From positions 1,449 through 65,448 of the forward strand of contig JBJEBQ010000020.1 of the NCBI GenBank assembly GCA_051870215.1: a stretch of 64,000 bases of DNA. The letters are read 5' to 3'. This stretch comes from Candidatus Cryptobacteroides sp. (GTDB taxonomy: Bacteria > Bacteroidota > Bacteroidia > Bacteroidales > UBA932). The stretch's first letter is position 1. Every line of letters begins with the position of its first letter. The position numbers and the translations under genes are program-made. Of this stretch, positions 44,595-54,763 are shown piece by piece. Under the pieces are notes generated by a model that did no database searches, was not told where the DNA came from, and worked only from the letters and a program-made list of their open reading frames with translations.

Positions 44595-46124
44595 CTAAAA
44601 CTCTATGCCATACTTCAGACCGAGGGCCCAGCGGCCTGGAACTGCGATTTTGGCGAGTTCAAAGCCGTGAAGGTAGCTGCCATTGAGCGAGACATACATT
44701 CCTTTCCAGAAATTATACCTCAGGCTCAGCCCCACATTCAGTTTCGTACTCCGGAGATACTCCATCTCCCAAGCGTAATACTCCGCGTGGCGATAAGGCT
44801 CCGAAGCACCCTCAGGCACAAGCTTCTTTTCATCAGCAAACGACTTGCACACTGCCACATCCACCCTCAAATCGAACTTCCGGATATGACCTTCCACATA
44901 GCCTTGGGTATCAAGCGTGAACACATCCCGCTGCCCGGCACAAGGATAAATCTGAGTAGCCACTTCATTTGCGAAATCATAACGCAGACTTACGCCGGCA
45001 TCCACATATCTGCTCCACAACTTGTATGACGGGACCACGGAGAAGACGGCCTCCGAATAAACGGTATTCGTGGCAATACGCATATAATTTGTCACGCCGC
45101 CCTCCACATATTCATCAAGCGTGTGCTCCTTATTGCGCAAAAGTCTGCATTCCGCATCAATTGAAGCAAGATACATTACAGCATTCTTCTCTCCTTTATA
45201 CGCCACTCTGCCACCAAACAGATGAGACGGGAAATTATACCAGATTACATTCCTTTCCCCCACAGTACCAAGCCCACAGGCATAACTCAATTCGGCATAC
45301 AGACCGTCGTATTGCGCCTGCAGACTGACTTTATGGATATTTTCCCTCACGGGCAGCCCTTTCGCTCCATTACCGACGAGCAGCACTCCGGCTCCCCGCC
45401 AGTCCTGCAGCAGTCCATAACCGAGCCCTTTGTCAAGAAAAACCTCGTAGTTTGTCGCACCGGCCACTATCTGTTCGGCCTCCACCCTTTCGCTGTTCTT
45501 TCTGAACATATATGTCAGGCCGAGCACAAAACCATCACCGCGATACATCACCGCAGGTGCCACTCCGAAATCCAGCCTGTAATTGGTATGTCTCAAATCC
45601 TTTCTTTTGGCGATATTGTCGGAAGTGAAATCCACATCCACCCCCAAACTCCAGGCTGACGACAATCCGTATGTCAGGCCTCCTTCAACCTCATAGGTCT
45701 GCCGGTTTTTCGTTCCGGGAGTAAACTCAAGCAGATCAATAGGATAAAAGCCGGGATATATGTACATGGAGCCGCTCATCCGCGTGCCCTGCCACTGGCG
45801 GAAGCCAAAACGCCCGCGCATGGAAAGTTTCTCCAGATGCAACACACCTTCAGTCCTCACTCCGGCATTCCACTCCGACAGAGCATCTGAATAACGCCTG
45901 AATCCGCCCTGTTCATAGCCTCCGTAAAGTTCGGCCACATTCATCTTCCTCTTGTCCAGACGCAGCCCGTTGATATTGCCGTCAACATTCCACAGTTCGG
46001 CCTCCTTCACCTTGTCAAACGACAATTTATACGGCTCCCCGGCCCGGCCTGACTGAACACCGGCCGAGAGACAAAGCAGAAGCGCCACTGCCTTACTTAT
46101 GTAACAACTGCCTATCGCTCTCAT
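44595..46124 (-). CDS. Outer membrane beta-barrel protein (DUF6850-like, tentative)
   Basis: Signal peptide, alternating beta-strand pattern and C-terminal GLKYGIEF with a terminal Phe. It sits in the receptor / DUF4876-like / barrel gene order that I recall from Bacteroidetes. Confidence 0.65.
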   Translation of the reverse strand: MRAIGSCYISKAVALLLCLSAGVQSGRAGEPYKLSFDKVKEAELWNVDGNINGLRLDKRKMNVAELYGGYEQGGFRRYSDALSEWNAGVRTEGVLHLEKLSMRGRFGFRQWQGTRMSGSMYIYPGFYPIDLLEFTPGTKNRQTYEVEGGLTYGLSSAWSLGVDVDFTSDNIAKRKDLRHTNYRLDFGVAPAVMYRGDGFVLGLTYMFRKNSERVEAEQIVAGATNYEVFLDKGLGYGLLQDWRGAGVLLVGNGAKGLPVRENIHKVSLQAQYDGLYAELSYACGLGTVGERNVIWYNFPSHLFGGRVAYKGEKNAVMYLASIDAECRLLRNKEHTLDEYVEGGVTNYMRIATNTVYSEAVFSVVPSYKLWSRYVDAGVSLRYDFANEVATQIYPCAGQRDVFTLDTQGYVEGHIRKFDLRVDVAVCKSFADEKKLVPEGASEPYRHAEYYAWEMEYLRSTKLNVGLSLRYNFWKGMYVSLNGSYLHGFELAKIAVPGRWALGLKYGIEF

Positions 46125-47292
46125 AAAAATCGTTGCTTGAATTGTTGGTATCCATCAAAACTTCATAGCCTCTCTCCGCAGAAGCCTCTTCGTCACGCCG
46201 TCTGACAAGGCTGTGCCCGAGCTGAGTGTTCGACAAAGTCACATAACCTCCGTCCAAAGACGGCACTAAGCGTTTCCTGTTGCCGGTAGACTGACCGTTG
46301 AACACTTCCACAGCATCCTCAACCCATTCGAAAGGCACTTTCACGACCCTGTCCACAGCAGAACCGGGCATCTGTATCACGTTTTCAGCCGACGAGACAA
46401 ATTCCTGAATCGTCGTATCCTTTGCGCGGAAAATTATCACGGCCGGAGAACTGTAAGAAAAGGTATATGCATTTGCCTGTCCTGTCTTTATCACCACATC
46501 CAGAATACGTTCAGGCTTTATCTTGTTTCCCGGAGCCGGATGCAATGCGGTATTCCAGAAATAAGTGGCATTGTAGCAGACAAAATAATCTTCATTGTTC
46601 AGATTGACAGACTCAGGAAACTGCGAGCTGTGATCAATGGCTCCATATACCACAATGACGGCATCCTCGCCGGGCGCAAGCGGAAAAGCCCTGCCGTCAC
46701 CGCCTATCTGCCAGACGGCCTGGATTACAGGACAATAGTCCTCAGGCGCTTTTCCCCAAGGATTTGCGCCGTTTGAATTATATGGAGCAAGAGTTCCAAG
46801 ACAAAGACCGTCAAGATAAGTCACGGAATCACCGTTATTATGGACCATGAGGTACACATCGGCATTGTACTTGTCCTCCTGAACAGGCCTCTTCGTACAG
46901 CCTCCGCAATAGATTTCCTTTATGACCAGATCTCTGGTGACGACCTCCGTCAGATTCATCCTGACATTGGTCTCCCCGCTGCCGACATATACCTTATCCA
47001 CAGAAGCATTATATCTCAGTCCCCCTATTATCGAAGAAAGCGAGAGCCGGTAGACACCCCCTGTCAGGACGATCGAAGCGATTCCGTCTTCATCAGCCAC
47101 AGCCACGAGTTCAGCGCTGTTCTTGACATTCGCTACCTTTACTTCCGTCCCTGCATACGATTCAATCTCATTTTCAGCAGACAATTCGATATTCAGGCGG
47201 CTCAGTCCGTCAGCATACGGATCCCGGCTGCCTATATCCGTGCAGGAAGCAAAAGCCCAAAGGCAGAATATTATAGAAATCAATCTTTTCAT
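46093..47292 (-). CDS. Lipoprotein (DUF4876-like, tentative)
   Basis: MKRLISIIFCLWAFASC signal from the ATG at 47292 (an in-frame ATG also lies at 47304). N-terminal Ig-like domain and an LVIKEIYCGG segment. Confidence 0.65.
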   Translation of the reverse strand: MKRLISIIFCLWAFASCTDIGSRDPYADGLSRLNIELSAENEIESYAGTEVKVANVKNSAELVAVADEDGIASIVLTGGVYRLSLSSIIGGLRYNASVDKVYVGSGETNVRMNLTEVVTRDLVIKEIYCGGCTKRPVQEDKYNADVYLMVHNNGDSVTYLDGLCLGTLAPYNSNGANPWGKAPEDYCPVIQAVWQIGGDGRAFPLAPGEDAVIVVYGAIDHSSQFPESVNLNNEDYFVCYNATYFWNTALHPAPGNKIKPERILDVVIKTGQANAYTFSYSSPAVIIFRAKDTTIQEFVSSAENVIQMPGSAVDRVVKVPFEWVEDAVEVFNGQSTGNRKRLVPSLDGGYVTLSNTQLGHSLVRRRDEEASAERGYEVLMDTNNSSNDFYESDRQLLHK

Positions 47293-47304
47293 GTTCGGTT
47301 TCAT
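47286..47304 (-). repeat. Partial cassette copy (first half)
   Basis: Minus strand ATGAAACCGAACATGAAAA, 19/19 identical to the reference. It begins 3 nt after the TonB receptor stop. Confidence 0.8.
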
Positions 47305-47307
47305 ACC

Positions 47308-50181
47308 TTAAAATTTAAGTCTGCAGGTGAGTCCGTAATAAAACTTCGGAGTCAGGACAGCACTTACTCCCGTCGCTTTCGAAGTCACCGCCATACGGCT
47401 GTTGGTGAAGTTGTTGGCAAAGAATGACAGGGAGACATGGTCTCCTATTTCTTTGGTAACACTCAGATTGGCAGAAAAATAAGCTCCATAGCCGTCCTGG
47501 GCAAAAGTGTAGGCGTTGCCTGACTTTACAATCAAACGGTCCAAGTCCGGATTTGCCGCATCGAACTCGGTGAAAGGATGGATATTTCCATCCGTGTCCA
47601 TATATTTTATCGGACGGATGGCGGTGTATGAATTGCCGTCATAAATATTACCGTTTGTCGGTGTAAGCCCCTCATCAGTGACAGTGTAGGCATAATCCCC
47701 GCCATTATAACGTGACAGATTGCGGCTGAGACTGAACAGCGACATTTCCAGACGGCAGGTGATGATCAGCCTTGCGGAAGGAATATGCGTAATGGCCGTC
47801 AGATTGGCATCCATGCTGTGGGTCTCTCTGCCGTTAAAGACCTTCAGATCCCCGCCGACCGCGTAAATACCGACATACTGATAGGACAGATTCGGGTCCT
47901 TGGTATGCGACCAGCCGTCACTGTAATATGCCCTTTCAGTATCATCCACGTAATAGGTGTAGGCGTATGAAGCATCCAGGCGGAACGAAGTGCGTATTGG
48001 CTTGATCTCCGGAAAATCCACAATCAGCTCGGCTCCGGCGCGATGTACAGGCGCACCGTTGCTCTGATAGTTGTATTTCACAAAGGTAGTATTCGTGTAT
48101 TTTTTCTCTAAATTGACCGCCTTCCCGTTGTCAATGACCGACACCGCACCCGTGTTCCTGTCGACCATCACCGTCGGATTCTCCGAACTTATGGTCTGGC
48201 CTGAAGCCAACGCATAATAATTGTAGCTGAACGGTGCATAACGTATGGCGTATTTATACGGATTTTTGGTCAGATTATAGAAGCCGACAAGCGAAATCCT
48301 TGTTTTCCATACAGTTGCGTCAACTGCTATTTCAGCGTTCTGGTTTCTCTGCCATTTCAGTTCAGGATTGTATTCCATCTTGAACGGCTGGGTGTAAAAT
48401 ACATAGGCAGAACCCCCGCCGGGATAGCTGAACTGGGCCGAAAGGATGTCGCGATAATCCTGTTTAGGATAAAGGATATAGAATGAAGGCATTTTTTCGG
48501 TTATGCCCCAACCGCCTCTGATAGCGACAGCATCGCTGAAAGTCCATTTCAGATTGAAGCGTGGAGAGAAAGAATTGGTGCCCTTGTATGACGAACCCTT
48601 GACATAGAGGTTTTCATAACGCACTCCGGCTATTAGTTCCACCTTCGTTCTGCCTACAGGGAATTTCAGCTCATCTTCCAGGTAGACGGAAGTATTGTGC
48701 ATATACGGATAGTCGGCATAGACCTGGGGACGATAGCCGTGGGCCGCCGTTGCCGGATCGAGATAATAGCCTCCGCGCCCCTCATTTCCCGAAGTGTTCC
48801 ACTGCACGCCCGCCTTGAGATTGTTGCTCAGACCGTTCTGAGTATTCATATACCAATTGTATTTCAGCGAAGCCGAAGCCGTCACTTCCTTGCTGTCATC
48901 CACATAATCCTGGAAATACTGGCCCGCAGGCAGGTTCGCAGCCAGGAAATATCCCTCGCTCTGCGACCATGCGGCAGGTTTGGTCACAGCCTCCGCAATG
49001 GACTTTCTCTGAGAACTCTTTTTGTCATTGTAGCTGACAGAGCCGGTGAATTTGAGCGAGGTAATGCCTGGACGGTTGACCAGCCAGGACACCGTTGTAT
49101 TGAAGCGGTAGAGATTGTCCCTGTCTTTTTCGAATTCTCCTTTCATCGCATCAGGGTCATCCTTGCTGTTCATGCCGCCTATATTTCCTGTAAAGCCCGC
49201 CTCAAAATGCAGAGCCTTGAGGAAAGTATTGCTGTAGCCGACCGAAAAATTGCCCCTTGTATACGAAGTGTAAGGAGAAGCCAGATTGTTTGTAGCTCTG
49301 ACATATTCACCGCTCGCATTGATTATCCCCCTGTTGTTGTGCAGGTCAAAGCCCTTTGAAAGCGACGCGGAGAGTGTACGCGGATTGACTGACAGCACCA
49401 CATTCACTGGCGTGCGTCCTTTGCGGGTATGTATCTTCAGCATTCCGCTGTTCAAATCGCCGTATTCCACCGAAGGCACTCCGGTCACGATCTCCACTGA
49501 TTCGATATTGTCCACCGCCACGTTTCTCGTGCCCACTCCGGACATTCCTCCGAACGACGCATTTCCGTTCAGTCGCACCCCATCCACTTCCACAGCAGTA
49601 CCGAAAGCCGCATTTCCGGCAGCCAGCCCGCCTGAACGCAGGCTGAGAGGGTTTTCCTTTGTCAAGTCAGGATCTTTTACAGTCTTTCCACCGGGAAGCA
49701 GCGAAGAAATGTCCGACATTCCGGACATCTGCAGGTGGTCAAGAGCATTCCGCCCCAAAGAAATCGAAGTGTTGAGTCCGTCCTTGGTCTGTTCCGCCGT
49801 CACCATCACGCCCTCCAAAGCCAGACTGTTCTCGTCCAGAGTCAAATCCAAGGCATCGTGCGTGGCGTCCACGGTGATGTTCATTGTGATTTTTGCATAT
49901 CCGAGGCAGGAAACTTCCAATTTGTAAGTGCCAGGATAGATTTTGTCGATAAAATATCGTCCGTTTTCGTCAGAAACGTCCCAAAGATAATTTTCTCCTA
50001 TCCTGACGACTGCTCCGACTATAGGTTCTCCCGTATTACGTTCCGTAAGTACCCCTACAAGATGATAAGTTTTGTCTTTTTGATATTCATTAGCACAACT
50101 GACTGAAGCATAAGATATTGTAGAACAAGCCAACAGAAAGCCGACTGAAAAAACTGCTGATATTATCCCCCTGAGCCTCAT
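47308..50181 (-). CDS. TonB-dependent receptor with carboxypeptidase-regulatory-like N-terminal domain
   Basis: 957 aa with VGVLTERNTGEPIVGAVVRI...GTYKLEVSCLGYAKI, a plug region and a C-terminal GLTCRLKF barrel end. Confidence 0.9.
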   Translation of the reverse strand: MRLRGIISAVFSVGFLLACSTISYASVSCANEYQKDKTYHLVGVLTERNTGEPIVGAVVRIGENYLWDVSDENGRYFIDKIYPGTYKLEVSCLGYAKITMNITVDATHDALDLTLDENSLALEGVMVTAEQTKDGLNTSISLGRNALDHLQMSGMSDISSLLPGGKTVKDPDLTKENPLSLRSGGLAAGNAAFGTAVEVDGVRLNGNASFGGMSGVGTRNVAVDNIESVEIVTGVPSVEYGDLNSGMLKIHTRKGRTPVNVVLSVNPRTLSASLSKGFDLHNNRGIINASGEYVRATNNLASPYTSYTRGNFSVGYSNTFLKALHFEAGFTGNIGGMNSKDDPDAMKGEFEKDRDNLYRFNTTVSWLVNRPGITSLKFTGSVSYNDKKSSQRKSIAEAVTKPAAWSQSEGYFLAANLPAGQYFQDYVDDSKEVTASASLKYNWYMNTQNGLSNNLKAGVQWNTSGNEGRGGYYLDPATAAHGYRPQVYADYPYMHNTSVYLEDELKFPVGRTKVELIAGVRYENLYVKGSSYKGTNSFSPRFNLKWTFSDAVAIRGGWGITEKMPSFYILYPKQDYRDILSAQFSYPGGGSAYVFYTQPFKMEYNPELKWQRNQNAEIAVDATVWKTRISLVGFYNLTKNPYKYAIRYAPFSYNYYALASGQTISSENPTVMVDRNTGAVSVIDNGKAVNLEKKYTNTTFVKYNYQSNGAPVHRAGAELIVDFPEIKPIRTSFRLDASYAYTYYVDDTERAYYSDGWSHTKDPNLSYQYVGIYAVGGDLKVFNGRETHSMDANLTAITHIPSARLIITCRLEMSLFSLSRNLSRYNGGDYAYTVTDEGLTPTNGNIYDGNSYTAIRPIKYMDTDGNIHPFTEFDAANPDLDRLIVKSGNAYTFAQDGYGAYFSANLSVTKEIGDHVSLSFFANNFTNSRMAVTSKATGVSAVLTPKFYYGLTCRLKF

Positions 50182-50212
50182 CCCTTTTTACATTTCGTAA
50201 CATTTCAATCAG

Positions 50213-50220
50213 CAAATATA
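50213..50220 (-). promoter_or_regulatory. Candidate -7 box for the receptor operon
   Basis: Plus-strand CAAATATA is TATATTTG on the minus strand, 32 nt upstream of the ATG at 50181. Confidence 0.35.
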
Positions 50221-50286
50221 ACAATTTTTATTTTTCCGTAAAATCGGGAAGGACAACTTTTTTCATTTTTATTACCAAGCCGGCCT

Positions 50287-51657
50287 TTACCATCCGCCGC
50301 CGAGAGCCTTGTAGAGAGAGACAAGTGCCAGATATTCTCCGCAAATTGCATCATTGAGCCCGACCTGGGCATCGAAATACTTACGCTGGGCGTCAAGGAA
50401 GTTGAGATAATCTATCGCCCCCTGGATATACTGCCTTCTTGCAAGATCCTCATTTTTTTGTGCCGCATCCCTCAGCGCCGTCATCAATTCGGAGTTTTCA
50501 CGTGCCGTCCTATAATTTATGACCGCATCATACACTTCCCTGAACGCCTCCATCACAATCTGCTCGTATGCCAATTTGGACTGGTTGTACGAAGCTATCG
50601 CAGCCTTGAATTTCGCTTTTCTTTTGCCGAATTCAAACAAAGGAGCTACGAGATTGCCTGCAGTATAGAACCACGGCGACCGGAAGAATGAAGCGAACTC
50701 ACCATTTTCAAGGCCGGCGCTCAGATTGATGGTGAAGCGCGGAAATCTCTCAGCCTGGGCGACACCCACTGCCGCCATTGCCGCCATCAGCTGCTGCTCC
50801 GCCCTACGCAGGTCAGGACGCCTGCGGACAAGATCCGAAGGTATGCCGACCGGCACATCGGCATCATACAGGACAGTGCCCGTCTCAGTCGTCCTCTCCA
50901 CCTTGGAAGGATAACTGCCCGCAAGAATGCATATCTGACTTTCTTTCCGGGCAATTTTCCGTTTCAGGTCCGGAATCTCAGCCGCAGTGGAGGCGAGTTC
51001 CACCAATGCCTGCTGATAAGGCACCTCGGAAGTCAGACCTCCGTCAAGACGCAGCTTTGCCTGACGTACTCCCTCCCGGCGAGTCTCAAGAGTCCGATTC
51101 ACTATCTGAAGTTCATTATCGAGAGAGACAAGTTCAAAATATGCAGTTGCAACTTCCGCAATGAGAGTCATCTGCATCGCCCTTTTGGCCTCTATCGACG
51201 ACAGATACTCCGCAGCCCCCTTTCTGCCTGCCCAGCGCAGATTTCCCCAAAGGTCTATCTCCCAGACCAAATCCAATTTCAAATTCACCTCAGGATCGCT
51301 TGTCATACCCTTGCCTCCGTGGTCCGTCCACTCATGGTCTCCTCCAGTCCTTGCCGAAAGCGACGGCCACAAATCCGACTTGTCCATTCTGTATCTGTAG
51401 CGCATCTCCTCTATCCTTTCAGAAGCGATAAGCATATCCTTGTTATATTCCAAAGTCCGCTTTATCAGCTTCTGAAGCAGAGTATCGGAATAAACCTTCC
51501 ACCACTCCATATCCGCAATGGTCGAACTGTCAGTCGCAGCCGTCCCGAAAGAAGCAGGAAGCGACAAATCAGGCTTGACGCAGTATTTTGCCGGTGAACA
51601 GGCGGTTGCCAAGAAAAACGGAAGAACTAAAATATATTTAAACAGTTTTTTTGCCAT
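50287..51657 (-). CDS. RND efflux outer membrane factor (NodT/TolC family lipoprotein)
   Basis: Lipoprotein signal (FFLATACS), two OEP repeats and a C-terminal LVSLYKALGGGW. Confidence 0.9.
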   Translation of the reverse strand: MAKKLFKYILVLPFFLATACSPAKYCVKPDLSLPASFGTAATDSSTIADMEWWKVYSDTLLQKLIKRTLEYNKDMLIASERIEEMRYRYRMDKSDLWPSLSARTGGDHEWTDHGGKGMTSDPEVNLKLDLVWEIDLWGNLRWAGRKGAAEYLSSIEAKRAMQMTLIAEVATAYFELVSLDNELQIVNRTLETRREGVRQAKLRLDGGLTSEVPYQQALVELASTAAEIPDLKRKIARKESQICILAGSYPSKVERTTETGTVLYDADVPVGIPSDLVRRRPDLRRAEQQLMAAMAAVGVAQAERFPRFTINLSAGLENGEFASFFRSPWFYTAGNLVAPLFEFGKRKAKFKAAIASYNQSKLAYEQIVMEAFREVYDAVINYRTARENSELMTALRDAAQKNEDLARRQYIQGAIDYLNFLDAQRKYFDAQVGLNDAICGEYLALVSLYKALGGGW

Positions 51658-54600
51658 GACGAGAAAATTTTGCCTTCAATCTGTATATCCAAACGAAAAA
51701 GAACGGCACGAACACTATGCCGACGGTGATTGCCACAATCATTCCGAAGAACACTCCCGTACCGATGTTCTGCCGGCTTGCCGAACCGGGACCTGATGCC
51801 AGGACGAGAGGAAGCATACCGAGCATAAATGCAAGAGAGGTCATCACAATGGGCCTGAAACGGAGTTTGGCCGCCGTGACCACTGATTCTACAAGTTCCT
51901 TTCCTGCATCCACCTCTTCTTTTGCAAACTCCACAATCAGAATTGCATTTTTGGCGACAAGCCCCATAAGCATCACAAGTCCGATCTGGAAATAGATATT
52001 GCTTTCAAGCCCACACACTGCAACTCCCAAATAGGCGCCGAGAGCCGCAATAGGAAGCGAGAAAAGCACCGCAACCGGCACAGACCAGCTTTCATATTGT
52101 GCAGCAAGGAAAAGGAAAACGAAAAGCAGGGCAAGACCGAGAATAAGCCCTGTCTGTCCGCCCTCCTTCTTCTCCTGATAGGAAAGCCCGCTCCATTCTA
52201 TGCCGATATTGTCAGGAAGGTGCCCGCGTGCAATTTCTTCGAGTACGGCCATCGCCTCTCCCGAACTGTAGCCGTGGGCCGCCTCCCCGTTGATTGTGGA
52301 AGAATTGAACATATTGAACCTCTTGATGGTCCCGGGCCCCGTAGTGTACGAGGTGGTACCCAAAGAAGTGACAGGTATCATGTCCCCGTCATGTCCTTTC
52401 ACAAAGAAAAGATTGAGATTGTCCCTATAGGAACGGTATGACGCATCCGCTTGAATATAAACACGGTAAATCCGGTTAAACATATTAAAGTCATTGATGT
52501 ACACCGAACCGGTAAAAGCCTTCAGCGTAGAGAACACATCAGCCACGGGCACTCCCAAAAGCTTGACCTTGTCACGGTCCACATCGAAATACAGCTGAGG
52601 GATATCGCTTTGCATTGATGACGACAGACCGGCCAGTTCCTTGCGTTGCGAAGCTATGGCAAGCAATGTGTCAGTCGCTCTCTGAAGATCTTCATATGTA
52701 GCATCTCCACGGGCTTCAAGCACCATAGAAAAGCCTCCGGAAGTACCCAGACCCGGAATGACAGCCGGAGTACTGACATAGACCTTGCTCTCCGGATATT
52801 GGGACAAATGCCCGGAAATGAGCTTCATCGTCTTGTTGATGTCGCGTTCCTTCCTTTTGTTCCAAGGCTTCAATATGACAGTCAGAGCCGTATTCGCCTG
52901 ACTCGCACCGACACGGGGACTCGAACCGGTAACATTCAGCACGTATGCCACATCCGGATTTTCCATCAGATAATCCATCGCCCTTTCAGTGATTATACGG
53001 GTCCTTTCAAGAGTTGAGTTGACAGGCAGCTCAAGTTCCACGGTAAAGTAACCCTGGTCTTCCTTAGGGATGAAACTCTGGGGAACAAGCCTGTTCAGAA
53101 CAATGATTCCGACAATAGTCAGAGCGAAGAAAAAGAACATCCGCCCGGAATGGTCCAGGGAAGAACGTATCATTCTTTCGTAAAACCGGTTGCCTTTTTC
53201 AAGCCATTTGTTGATAAAACGGAATACCACATTCTTTTCCCCGTCGGACTGAGGTCTCAGAAGAAGAGAGCACATCACCGGACTAAGAGTAAGTGCGACT
53301 ATGGTGGAAATCACCACGGACACGGCAATAGTTATCGTGAACTGCCGGAAAAGCTGCCCTGTAATGCCCGAAAGGAAACTTACGGGGACAAATACGGCAC
53401 AGAGAACAAGAGAAGTCGCAATGAGCGCCCCGGAAATTTCCGCCATCGCCTTTTTGGTGGCTTCGTAGGCAGAAAGCCGCTCCCGGTGCATGATACGGTC
53501 CACATTTTCGACCACCACAATGGCGTCATCCACAACAATACCGATTGCCAGCACAAGGCCGAGCAGAGTCATCATATTCAGAGAGAAACCGAACACAAGC
53601 ATCACCCCGAAAGTGCCAATCAAAGAAATCGGCACGGCAATCATAGGAATAAGCGTTGACCTCCAGCTCTGAAGAGAGAGGAACACTACAAACATCACAA
53701 GAAGCAGAGCCTCAAACAGGGTCTTGTAAACCTCGTGGATGGACTCCGAAATGTAAGTGGTCATATCGAAAGGAATATCATAGCCGATACCCTCAGGAAA
53801 ATTCGCACTTATATCCTTCATCGCCGACTTCACGCTCTTGGCGACGTCCATTGCATTCGCTCCGGGGAGCATATTCACATTGATGACAGCCGCATTTCCA
53901 CCGTTGATACCGCTCTCGGTATTGTAGGACTGTGCTTCGAGCGACACCCTGGCCACATCCCTCAGGCGGATGACAGCGCCCTCGGGAGTCGCCCGGATAA
54001 CTATGTCTTCAAACTGACTGACCGATGACAGACGCCCCTTTGCGGTAATCGGAGTGGTCACATCCACATTTTCTATAGGCTGCTGCCCGAGTACACCTGC
54101 CGCGGACTCCCTGTTCTGGTCTTTCAAGGCATTCTGCAGATCCTGGACCGTCAAGCCGAAATTTGCCAGCTTGTCAGGCTGCACCCATATCTGCATGGCA
54201 TAATAACGCCCGCCCGAACTCGTAACCCTGCCGACTCCGGGAATACGCCTTAGCATATCCACAACATTAAGCGTGGCGTAATTGCTGAGATAAATTTCGT
54301 CAAATTTAGGATCCTGCGACTGTATGGTAATGGTCATCAATTTGCTCGCCGCCTGCTTTTCAATGGATATGCCATTTTGGACAACTTCCGCGGGCAGACG
54401 GCCCTCCGCTTCCTTCACACGGTTCTGTATCTCCACGGCAGCCAGGTTGGGATCCGTCGAAATGTCAAAAGTGACTGTGGCCGTAAAACTTCCCGAATTT
54501 GTATTGTTTGACTCCATATAGAGCATTCCGGGAGTACCGTTAAGCTCCTGTTCTATCGGAGTGGCGACAGCCTGAGTCACAGTCTGGGCACTCGCTCCCG

Positions 54601-54751
54601 GATATGAAGCGGAAATTCTCACCTGAGGAGGTACAATCTGCGGATACTGGTCTATCGGCAACTGGCTCAAGCCTATAAATCCGACGATGACAATCAGAAT
54701 TGATATCACCATCGAAAATACCGGTCTGTCTATAAAGAAAGAGGTTTTCAT
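51638..54751 (-). CDS. RND efflux permease (AcrB/HAE1 family)
   Basis: 1037 aa starting FFIDRPVFSMVISILIVIVG, with 12 TM segments and two large periplasmic loops. Confidence 0.95.
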   Translation of the reverse strand: MKTSFFIDRPVFSMVISILIVIVGFIGLSQLPIDQYPQIVPPQVRISASYPGASAQTVTQAVATPIEQELNGTPGMLYMESNNTNSGSFTATVTFDISTDPNLAAVEIQNRVKEAEGRLPAEVVQNGISIEKQAASKLMTITIQSQDPKFDEIYLSNYATLNVVDMLRRIPGVGRVTSSGGRYYAMQIWVQPDKLANFGLTVQDLQNALKDQNRESAAGVLGQQPIENVDVTTPITAKGRLSSVSQFEDIVIRATPEGAVIRLRDVARVSLEAQSYNTESGINGGNAAVINVNMLPGANAMDVAKSVKSAMKDISANFPEGIGYDIPFDMTTYISESIHEVYKTLFEALLLVMFVVFLSLQSWRSTLIPMIAVPISLIGTFGVMLVFGFSLNMMTLLGLVLAIGIVVDDAIVVVENVDRIMHRERLSAYEATKKAMAEISGALIATSLVLCAVFVPVSFLSGITGQLFRQFTITIAVSVVISTIVALTLSPVMCSLLLRPQSDGEKNVVFRFINKWLEKGNRFYERMIRSSLDHSGRMFFFFALTIVGIIVLNRLVPQSFIPKEDQGYFTVELELPVNSTLERTRIITERAMDYLMENPDVAYVLNVTGSSPRVGASQANTALTVILKPWNKRKERDINKTMKLISGHLSQYPESKVYVSTPAVIPGLGTSGGFSMVLEARGDATYEDLQRATDTLLAIASQRKELAGLSSSMQSDIPQLYFDVDRDKVKLLGVPVADVFSTLKAFTGSVYINDFNMFNRIYRVYIQADASYRSYRDNLNLFFVKGHDGDMIPVTSLGTTSYTTGPGTIKRFNMFNSSTINGEAAHGYSSGEAMAVLEEIARGHLPDNIGIEWSGLSYQEKKEGGQTGLILGLALLFVFLFLAAQYESWSVPVAVLFSLPIAALGAYLGVAVCGLESNIYFQIGLVMLMGLVAKNAILIVEFAKEEVDAGKELVESVVTAAKLRFRPIVMTSLAFMLGMLPLVLASGPGSASRQNIGTGVFFGMIVAITVGIVFVPFFFVWIYRLKAKFSRHGKKTV

Positions 54752-54763
54752 ACTGTGCCGTTT

